From assembly GCA_012295275.1 (NCBI GenBank), contig CM022671.1, positions 19,964,001-20,028,000 of the forward strand: 64,000 nt of DNA, in the 5' to 3' direction. This DNA is from Chrysomallon squamiferum (Eukaryota; Animalia; Mollusca). The notes below the pieces were generated by a model. It searched no databases. It was not told where the DNA came from and worked only from the letters and a program-made list of their open reading frames with translations. Made by a program: the position numbers and the translations under genes. Position 1 is the stretch's first letter. Each line of letters opens with the position of its first letter. Shown here piece by piece: positions 13,424 to 23,804 of the stretch.

Positions 13424-13988
13424 TATTTTTTATTTTTTATTTTTTTTAATGGTCCATTCTTGAAATTAATGTATAGTCTCAAAACTTTTCTTTAACGGAA
13501 ATTTAAAATTTCGTTTGCAGGTTTGGTTTCAGAATCGTCGTATGAGAACTCGACGCAAGGTCAGTTCAATAGCTACCACGAGAAGTACTGTTTGTTTACA
13601 AACAACACGGAGAAACCAGAAACTCTCAACGTCCTCATGTACAAAAAAGATGGAGGCCGTATCTTCCGCAGTAAGAGATCCCTTGTTCCAACTGCCAGAC
13701 TTAATTAGCCCTCTACCTTCGTCTCCTGCTTTCTGTGCAAGACTATTCTCCATGTTTGATGGCGTAACCACACCGATTACGCCATTGCCGCTTACTCCAA
13801 CAATTCGTTCCAACATATTTGCGTTCTCTAACATGATTCCTTGTCGTCCGTGTACAGATTTTTCAACGCCTTCTTTTCATCTGACGAGAAGTGACGATGG
13901 TTTCGACAGTTCTCGTTCCAGTCCGGATTCAGCAGTTGACTGCATCGAAGATGATGACAATAACCTTGTTATTGACATTGAGTTCTGA
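12580..13988 (+). CDS. PRD-class (paired-like, Q50) homeobox protein with N-terminal eh1 motif, 243 aa
   Basis: Exons 12580-12631, 12960-13171, 13521-13988 (732 nt, phases consistent). eh1 motif FSIDAILG. Homeodomain QRRNRTVFTDNHIIKLQSIFEVNQYPDIRLREQLAQETAIPESRIQ/VWFQNRRMRTRRKV, with the PRD-class intron between codons 46 and 47. Confidence 0.93.
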
Positions 13989-14448
13989 ATTCAGTGTCTT
14001 TTGCTGCATGCAAACATTGTTAGTGTAAAATAATTGTATTATTAAAATTAATTGTTACCTTTGAAGTTTCTTTATTTTTTATACACCTAGGCAACAAATA
14101 CTCTCATGGCTAATATTAACCATAATTATGAGATGAGAAATGTATTTTGGCAGTATCTCATTATTGTTTCAGGAAGACAAAGAAAAGAATATTCAAATAA
14201 TACGACAATAATTACTAAATTTTATATTTTCTCGTTTTTTCATAACTATATTAGGTATATTAGCCAGCACATTTAATCGTCTATATATCTGAATCGATAA
14301 GACTTACTGATAACAAAATGCTGAATAAATAACACAAACAGAGAGAGTTGAAAGTATTATTACTTTTATTAAAAGTAAACAAATAAATAAATAAAAACAT
14401 CACTCCTTCTAATCCACAATTAATAACTGTTAGCTCCAGCACGGTCTT

Positions 14449-16097
14449 TTAAACCTTTTCTGTAGATGACTGTTCACTGCCACTCGTAACTGGAGCTGGT
14501 TCGCTGGATTCTCCCAACCCTGAATCGCTGCTTGCTTCACTTACTGGGGATTCTTTAGGCGCTTGTTTCTGTTTTCCTTTCCGGCTTCCACCAAGGACAG
14601 CAAGCAGCTTTTCTTTCATTATCTGTTTTCTTTTTGCTCTTGTATCCTGGTACTCACGGCCGAAGTAGGCCAAAATGACAATTATAATGAAACTGGAAAA
14701 TATAAATCCCAGAAAGAGAAAGAAGGATTTAGCCTTGTTGCTCATCACGTACATGACGACTAGTTCGTAAAATCGTGGAGGCGGTAAGATCATGACGTTG
14801 TAAACCGCTGGATACCAGACTCTTCGGGGGTTCTCGTTTACAACGCGACACACCCACGTTCCGTTAAAGGTTCGCCTCGCTTTCTTAAAAACGTCGGACG
14901 AAGCCAGGGACGCATTTGTAACATTGAACTTATCAAAAAGGACGTTGTTATAGAACCATTCCCTTGAGGCGTTCGGGTAAAACTCGCCAAGATACTGACT
15001 GTTGCAGGTCAAGGTCATATCCAGTGTTTCCTTAACCCATAGATTTATTTCATCAGTTTTCACCAGAACTGAATAAATTCCAACAGTCTTCCTTTTGCCT
15101 GGTTGGTACTCGATCTGACACGTGTACACACCGGTGTCATACAGCTGAAGGTTCCTTATGACCAAAGTTCCTTTGTATAAAACCATTCTGGAAGGATCCA
15201 GCTCAACCGGTTTGCTGTTGTGGCGCCACCTAAATACTGCCTTAGAGTACGTGCTTTTGATGCTGCTAATGACATCGTTCTCACAGGGTAAATTGACGTT
15301 ATCGGTTTCATTCTTGACGAAGTTGAAATACATGGATGCCATCATTTTATCAAGTCTTTTTTGAATCCTCCATGGAAACTCGTCCATCGTATCGCGAAAG
15401 GCTCCGTACATGTGATACATCCTATTCAATTTTCGTAAAGTTGAAATCTTAAAGCCAAAAATCGAAGGAGTAAGGTAGGAGGGCACCCTTTTCATTCGTT
15501 TTAATTTATCCAGCAGTTTCCTTCCCCTAGCGCTAATTAATTTATGGCGAAGTTTATCTTCAAACCGCTTTAATGAGGAATTATGATGTACTAAAAATAA
15601 AATATACATAAACAAGAATTACTTATTAAATACCAAATTAGGAGCTGAAGCAGAAATTATATGTATTGGTCTATGGACGTAATGAAATACATATATGTGA
15701 TATTCAAATCATATTCGCCGCAATGTTGACGCTATCAGTGTAATGTGTAATGATTTGAAATCTTTATGAAAACGGTGAAAACATCAGTTATGCCTTCCTT
15801 ACTAGAAACATCAGTTATTGGTAATTTGATACCTTTTCCTAAGGCATTAAACAAGACGTTGTGTTAAAATTCGAGCATTCATATATTTTACACATCTGCA
15901 AACTGATATATCTATTACATCAACTAAAGACTTTACAAGTAATATCCGAATTCATTCATCTCATATAGCTTTCGTTCATAATTTAACACATTTCCCACTT
16001 ATCTTAGAAGGTAATATCTGAACGAAAATACTTACCTCCCTTTAATGGTAAAAACCTATTAGAGTTGCAGCCCTTATTTATTTATTATTGTGATTTG

Positions 16098-16143
<46 letters not shown>

Positions 16144-16492
16144 TATTTATTTATTTTTTTTATTTTTTGCCGATAAAACAAATTGCAGTAGAGAATAATA
16201 ACTATGTTAAGTTACAAATTAAGCTTATTAAAAATGAGAAGGTAATTAGGTCATAAAGCATAATGTGAGGGTAACAAGCATCATTTTGTAATAAATAATA
16301 AACTAATGACAAATGTACACTCTATTACATATTAAGTAATATCAAGGGTTAACGTATTATAATCTGCTTAAAATATGGTGGTTATATTTTGTAAGTACAT
16401 GTACCTTTTTTCGGACCGAGAGACGAACATGGGTCTATCACAAATAAACAGAAAACAAAAAACAAAATAAAATAAAAGTTGAAAAAACGCAT
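14449..16492 (-). CDS. Type I membrane protein: signal peptide, basic N-terminal region, two Ig-like domains, TM helix (TMEM81-like), 409 aa
   Basis: Exon 1, 16492-16405 (MRFFNFYFILFFVFCLFVIDPCSS, a signal peptide), joins in phase 1 to exon 2, 15590-14449. Ig signatures: LPC...FRWRH...LVIRNLQLYDTGVYTC and LTC...EWFY...NGTWVC. TM segment FFLFLGFIFSSFIIIVILAYF, then a basic and Ser-rich tail. Confidence 0.88.
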
Positions 16493-16543
16493 GGTGAATG
16501 AAACCTGTTAATTATCTAACAACGCCATTTTCAGATAGACCAA

Positions 16544-16562
16544 CGTCATAAATGTGACGTCA
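16544..16562. promoter_or_regulatory. CRE palindrome plus half site upstream of the Ig-domain gene
   Basis: TGACGTCA at 16555-16562 and CGTCA at 16544-16548, 50-70 bp upstream of the ATG at 16492. Confidence 0.5.
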
Positions 16563-17019
16563 CGATTTATGAATAATTAAAATCGTCAGTAGGCCCAGTG
16601 TTAGAATTATCCCGATTAGTGTACCTAATTATATAATTACATGTATTGTTTTCTTTTCTTTCTCTCTTTATGTTTCGTTCTTTCTTAAATATAGGAAGTT
16701 ATAGGCTATAAATATTGTAAGTAAAAACAAACAAACTTTCATTAAAAAATAATATAAATGAAATGAAACGAATTACAATATAATAAAACAATAAAGTACT
16801 AGTAGTAGTACTACTAAATACAAGTAAAATAAATAATAACAACAACGATAAATCCATAAATCATAAAACTAAACAAAAAAACAACAAAAAAAACCCCGAT
16901 AATTTGTGCATTCTTTATTTACTTATTGCATAGAAAATTTTGACTGTAAATTACAGTTAATATTTATTCATTATTTTGTGCGGTATTCTGTATTAAAACA
17001 GTGTTTAAGCTTAAGACGT

Positions 17020-17474
17020 TTAACATTCAAAAATCTTGCAGTTACAGCTGGTTGGTACGGTAATTGGAATTCTCACGATTCTGCTGTATTCGGGCAGTTT
17101 CTCGCAGTACGTCCACACGTGCACTGTTTCGAATGTCTCCACGCATTTGCTGATTATTCGTCTTCTTTGTTCGTTTCTGTAGTACGGGTTGTAATAGTAA
17201 GGCCTTTGTCTCTGACTGCAGGATTTACAGTCACGATTGTTGGAGCTGTGAAATAATAATAACAACAACAACAATAACAATAATATCGATGATTATGATG
17301 ATGATGAATACAGCAACAGTGGTGATTATAATGATGACAATAACAATAATAATAACAGCGACAGTGATGATGACGATGTTGATGATAATAAATAAATAAA
17401 TAAATAAATAAATAATCCCAGCTATCTGGTTATGGTGATGTCAACCTCTGGACCAGATATATGCGCTAGCTAGG

Positions 17475-17507
<33 letters not shown>

Positions 17508-17872
17508 CAAAGAAAACCCACCTGTCGCATCTGGTGTATTTAATATTCTGGTAATCTGGATTAATTACCCAACATTTTCCGTTGTAGCCATAGAAACGAT
17601 ACAAAGTGTAACGGTTACTTGGACACACTTCATTCAGTAGCCGGGCTTGAACGTGTGGCTGTTGGGGAAGAGGGCTGTTGGCAGTAATCGTCCTGCAAAA
17701 TGACATATTACACAGTGTACTTACAAATGCACACGTACACAAACAAGCGCGCTGCGTACATGCACAAACCAACCAACCCATACAGAGTGATACATCAACA
17801 CGAATGAAATAAATGCAAACAATAATAGAGAATATTTGTACAAAGTTTTCAGGTACTGACTCTTTAAAATTG

Positions 17873-17911
<39 letters not shown>

Positions 17912-19414
17912 TGTGTACATCTATATTTTTTTAATTGTTATTTGTATCAGCAAATTTGTATATCTAAACTAAAATGAATAAAGTTAATATTTATTCCAGA
18001 TCTCGATGACTTTTGCGATATTTTTCTTTTATTTTCGTTTTAGTGTTGACGCCACTCACCTTTTAACACGACTTCCCAGAGCATTTGTTATTTTCTGCCC
18101 AACATTTTGGCCAGTTTGACCAGTTTGACCGGGAGAATCGCCATAAAGAACTGCGTGAAGATAGGGTTTTCGATGTATCTCTTTCTTTACGTAGAGTCTA
18201 GATGAAACAAGACCAGTTCATTTTTTAACATATTTCGCTGTAATATACCTCTAGTAGTATTAGTAGTAGAAATATATTATATCTAAGTATGTCAGTTGAA
18301 ACAAGATAAGTTAAGGTTTTAATATATCTCTAGCACTACTACTACTACATCCAGCACTAGGATTAATGCTATAGTACTGCTACTACTGCTAGGCCCCTAT
18401 TACTATTAGGAAAACTTACAATAGTCTTATCATTATACCGTGTACCATTACTATTAATACTAATATACTACTATTTTAATTACGGCTATTTCTATATTAC
18501 TACTACTACTCCTATTTGTGTACAACATAAACAGTAATAATAAAAATAAACAGAACATAATACTACAACAGCAGTGCCAACAACAACAGCAATAATTATA
18601 ACACATAAAATAAAAAACAGTAATAAAATTAACAAATAAAACAATAATAGTATTAAAAATCATTACGTTTTTAATTAATATTTGTTGTTTGTTTTATAAC
18701 ATATCAAAGATTTGTATCCATACATACAGTGGATAACCTGCCCTTGAATGGATTAGTCTGTGTCTAGCGGCCTGGTCATGATAAACCCAACACGTTACAG
18801 CTTGCCGTGGATAGTAAGTGAAAGGAAAATACGATTTATTTGGATAAGGTTGTCTAAAAGGCTGGTTTCGATCCTGGTATGGCGTCCATGCCAGACAAGT
18901 AGTGAAAGCCAACAGTAGAACTGTACAAAGTATCTGTAAATATAATTTTTTTTTTTTCAAGCTTATTTATTTCAATATTAACTTTAAACTATATATATAT
19001 ATATAGAAGAAGAATTCAAAAGACTTTATGAAATTGAAAGAGAAAATGCGGAATTAATTTGTGAGGCAAATGTGTGATGAGGATGAGATTATTAAGAAAA
19101 AACAATTAAATCCAACTACCCTTCATTAAATAAACGTTTTATTCAAATATATATTTAGGCATTATATAAAAAATTTGAACGAGAGTATTAAATTTCATAG
19201 ATTGCTATGGTTTACTATGTTACTGTATTATTACTAGCACTAAGTTTTTACATAATAATTTACACAAGTTCTTTAACAATCTGGCCACACACATAAAATG
19301 ATATATTGACAGATCATATGTTTGAAGAAAATTCTTTTTTTCTTCTTCTAAATATGCCATACCCTATATATTTATATATATATATATATATATATATGTA
19401 GGGTATGGCATATT

Positions 19415-19471
<57 letters not shown>

Positions 19472-19580
19472 TATAACTGTTTTTTCAAAACACCGCAATT
19501 TACATACATATCTAGAGTGACTTATGTACACTGATACTTAAACTAGAACAGAGATGAAGAAAAAGAAGACTTACCTGCAT
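17020..19580 (-). CDS. Secreted Spaetzle/neurotrophin-like cystine-knot precursor, 248 aa
   Basis: Exons 19580-19575 (MQ), 18933-18728, 18197-18060, 17692-17522, 17245-17020 (747 nt, phases consistent). Signal peptide MQILCTVLLLAFTTCLA, then a prodomain and a furin-type RVKR site. C-terminal domain EVCPS...YQNIKYTRC...C..C...SKCVETFETVHVW...IPITVPTSCNC. Confidence 0.85.
19351..19414. repeat. Near-perfect 64-bp palindrome: 16-bp unique arms around a (TA)n core
   Basis: aatatgccataccccta-type arms: aatatgccataccctatata...tatgtagggtatggcatatt. Confidence 0.9.
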
Positions 19581-19623
19581 AGTCGTTTTGCTAAAAAAAC
19601 ACTGTTGTGCAGAAAGAAGAGTG

Positions 19624-19630
19624 TTTTATA
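19624..19630 (-). promoter_or_regulatory. TATA box of the cystine-knot gene
   Basis: TATAAAA on the minus strand about 45 bp upstream of the ATG at 19580. Confidence 0.65.
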
Positions 19631-20392
19631 CATGTAACGCGAGCAGTTTATAACCACTTTTATTGCAATGTTGCCACTGGTAGTCAGGTAATTATTATCT
19701 CACATGATGGTAATAAAATAAAAGGTAAAATCGTGCAACAAACATTTACAGTGACTACATCAGTGTTGTGAATATTTGTCCGTCATGAGACAAATTGTGC
19801 GTACACTGTTAGTTTATGTGTAAGCAACAACAACAACAGCAGTGCAAACAAAAGATTAAAAAATATAATAATAATAATGATAATGATAATGGTAATGGTA
19901 ATAAAAATACCAAGAAAAAACATCGACAATCCCTCTCAGGAAGTCAAAAATTAATTTGAAAAATGAAAACGTATATAATAGTAATAAAACTGATTATTAT
20001 AATAATAATTTTTATATATTTATAGCAGCCATGAACATTTCTATATACAGCACAAGGATCTCGAAATTTGTCTGGCTGGTGATTTTAAAAAATATGTTCA
20101 TTGTTTCCTGCTTTAGTTAATTTTTGAATAGTTTAATTATTCATCAAGAAACATCTTCTGAGTATTTTATGTTTTAACGTAAATGTACGTACATGCGAAC
20201 ATAACAACATGCAATATCAGAACAAGAAATGTTCACATTTTTTTTTAATTATCTTGTCAAAGATGTGAAATTTTTGGTTTAAAATCTGATTCATAATCTA
20301 TAACAGTTATAAACTGACTTGCAAACACTCAGTGACGTATACAGTGTGTAAAATATCGCCTTGTGGCGACCTTTGGCTTTCAGAAAAAGCGG

Positions 20393-20475
<83 letters not shown>
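20393..20475. repeat. (CT)n microsatellite
   Basis: Directly visible. Confidence 0.97.
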
Positions 20476-20478
<3 letters not shown>

Positions 20479-22238
20479 TCATCTTCTTCTTTTATTAATT
20501 AAATATTATTTAACATTTTAACGCTTTTTTGTATAATTTAATGAATACAGGTACAGATGTATGTACAGTCGTAATTACATGCCTCGTCTCCCAAATCTCA
20601 CCAGATGAAGAAGACGAAAGAAAAAAGAGAAAGGAGAAAAAGAGGAGGTAGATAAAAATAAGAAATCAATAACAGTATTTAAAACAACAAACAAATGAAA
20701 AACGTAAGTAAAATTTTACTACATCTTTGTTTGTTAACTATTTCCATCACCATCGTGGGTGTCATTCGTGAAAAAAAAAAAACTTCTGTTGGAAAACATT
20801 TTATAAACAGAGCGTAAACTTCCGAGTTTTCCATAAATTTTTTATTATAAAAATAGCAATGGTTACATAGAACCTTCCACCAAACATGCAGCAAAACAAA
20901 ACGAAAATAACATTGATATATAATTTTACTTGGATGGACGTATAGAAAAGACATGATCACAATGAACTGTTTTTGCTGTTTTTTAAAAGAAGAAAAAAAA
21001 AACGCAATCGATTTCTATTATTAACTTATTATAATGGAATATATGTGGGTATCGAAAAAGGAGGTATTGATGCAAATGTTTTTCAAAATAAAGTTATTAG
21101 TAAAGAAAAAAATATATATCTGATTACAATAAATTGCATTATAAAATAACATTTCTTAAATCGTAATAGTTTGTTTGAATAATGAATAGAAAGGTCTTGC
21201 ATTGTTTAAAACATGATTAAATACTATAGTATATTTACAATACAGTTAAATATATTAGAAAATAATTTAATATCATTATATTGTAAATATAGTTAGGGCT
21301 ATGTATATAAATTAAGTATTAAACAAGACGTAAATGCAAGTCAGCTAGAAACGTTAGATGCGTAAACTCAGTGTGTTCATACGACTTATGATAAGAGTGA
21401 TGAATGCATGACTGACGCGTTTAACCTAATGTTAAAATGTTATGGCTCTCGTAGTGTTTGTTTGTAAACTACGTTATACAACATTTGCGACGTCCTTCGT
21501 AAGTCTGTTACTGCAGCTACGGCAACGAAATTTTATAGGTTTAGTACTGCTGTTAGTGTTGTTGACCTTGAATGACCGCTTTTGTTTTGTCTTTAGTAAT
21601 AATAATAATATTCATTATTATTATTGTCTCAGTACTAATGGTAGCATTAATATTTAAAATAATTATAGCAAAAGTAACAGTAGCAACAACAACAACAATA
21701 ACACAATAATAATAATAAATTTATTTATATGTCTGTGTGTGAATTTAAATATACACAAAGAAAAATAGAAGAGGAAAAAAAGCGGGGAAAAAAGCGATAG
21801 AAATAACTCAGATAGATATAATTATATGCACAAACGTACACACACACGTACTATCAGGGATTAAATAAATGTTTAATGTTTGAAACCTTCATGAAATTTC
21901 TGTTAATCCTATTCATGTTTTTTCCTCCCCACTTACTGCTTAATTTATTTTTTGCCACTTGCACAAAAATTATATATACATATGTTATAAAAAAAATAAT
22001 TATATAACCAGTATTCCGGTGAATTTACTGATCTGGACTTACCATAACGTTACCTGGCAGTTAACGTTTCTGATGACATCATAAAAGAATCTACGTCATA
22101 AAAATTACTGTGTTGAAAGTGGTTATTTTTATTTTTGTTTATTTGTTTGGTGGATATTGGACATCAGAATGTGAAAAGAAAAGGAATGTCTATCTGCGTC
22201 GTAGTCATCCTGAGGGTCTTCACTGATGCCGTCGGGAA

Positions 22239-22627
22239 ATGACGGTAGCAATCCACGATTTTAGGGAAAGTTTGCTGGACGAAGTAAAATGCGCCAATAT
22301 AAGTCATTGCTGGTCAAAGATTAAATCAGATGTTTTGAAAGATATTGGAGGTTCGTAACAAGTGTTTATTAATATATTCAAAGTGAAATAAAACATAAAA
22401 GAATAAATGATACTAAAACAGATAGATATTAATTTTAATCACGTACGCACATACAAGTACACTCACACCACATGTATATATATATGGATGTATGTGTAAA
22501 TATATACATTTGTGTGTATGTCAGTATATGTGTGTGGGCTTGTGCATATGTATACATGCATGTACGTAGATAGATATATAGATAAACATAATAATTAATC
22601 TAGCTCATTACTGCCCTTTAATGGCTA

Positions 22628-22682
<55 letters not shown>

Positions 22683-23402
22683 TGTCTGTGCTTGTCGGAG
22701 AGTGTGTTGGCAGCTCGGTTGCTTCAAAATTATACACACTGTTTTATTTGTGTTTAATGCAGCTCCAGATTTCATGGCAGTTCCATATATACAAGATTAC
22801 GAATATTACGATCTTGGTGCCGTTATTTTCAAAAAACAGAGACTGTTTCGAGATTTCTTTAATCGTCGTCCAACCGATGCCTTAGCCGTGACAACAATTG
22901 GAAGTATTTTCTGTAAATCAGACAGGGTTCCTACAGAAATAATGTTACGCCTAACTACCTCGAAAGATATTATTCGTGAACCGGAGCTGATTCCCAATCA
23001 TTTTTTCAAAGTGGTGCGCCCCGGCGAAGACCAGAAGAAAAAGATTTCGTTAAAGTTATGCGACATATACGTAAAGAGATTAGAGAACCACATTGACACG
23101 ACTGGTGTTTATCTTGATCTTTCCGAGTTCAGTATGTTGATTTTATTAATGTATTTCTTCTCATTCTAGATGATGATGAAGATGATTATTGTTATTGTTG
23201 TTGTTAAGTCCAGTATCATAATTTTATTGCTGATTCAGTTTATTTTTTCTTCTTCTAGATGATGATGATTGTTACTGTTATTATTATTGTTGTTGTTGCT
23301 GTTGTTATTGTTACTGAGTTCACTATGTGGATATTTTATTACTGTGTTCAATTCATTTCTTATTCTTCTGCTTATAGATTTATTATTATTATTTTATTGT
23401 TG

Positions 23403-23437
<35 letters not shown>

Positions 23438-23804
23438 GCCATTTACTGTTGTTGTTGTTGTGTTATGATTATTATAATTTCTTTTAGAGAATCATTTCTC
23501 TACAGAAACCTTGTATTTGGTATACGAGGTCATATATGCAACAGAATTCATCTTGAAAGTTATAGGTGGGGAAAGTCGTCATATTTTCAGACCACCGAAA
23601 CCAACGGCTTTTGGAATGAAGCTTTGTCGATACAGCGTATCAGCGGACTCACAATTGCAAAGGCCTTTCGAAATGCCAAATTCAGTTAAAGTCAGGTGGC
23701 GCGCCCAAGCTACATATAAGCCCCGTAGCGCGTTTGTTCTAGATTACGAAAGTAAGAAGTTACACTCCTTTCAGCCACTTATCGCTTTAGACTATAGATA
23801 TTAG
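22239..23804 (+). CDS. Gasdermin-like protein consisting essentially of the pore-forming (N-terminal) domain, 265 aa
   Basis: Exons 22239-22350, 22763-23131, 23488-23804 (798 nt, both introns phase 1). WSKIKSDVLKDIGAPDFMAVPYIQDYEYYDLGAVIFKKQRLF...RP...TTIGSIF aligns by eye with the GSDME N-terminus FAKATRNFLREVDADGDLIAVSNLNDSDKLQLLSLVTKKKRFW...RP...LTLGDVL. ETLYLVYEVIYAT matches EVLCVLTQKITT, and FRPPKPTAFGMKLCRYSVSADSQL matches LEIPAATTIAYGVIELYVKLDGQF. Confidence 0.75.
22630..22679. repeat. (GT)n microsatellite in intron 1 of the gasdermin-like gene
   Basis: Directly visible. Confidence 0.97.

Noticed and set aside
16036-16055. 20-nt segment with a strong donor (GAG|GTAAGT) in the intron of the Ig-domain gene
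   Set aside because: Inclusion after exon 1 gives an immediate stop, and exon 1 already joins exon 2 in phase. At most a poison exon, and unsupported.
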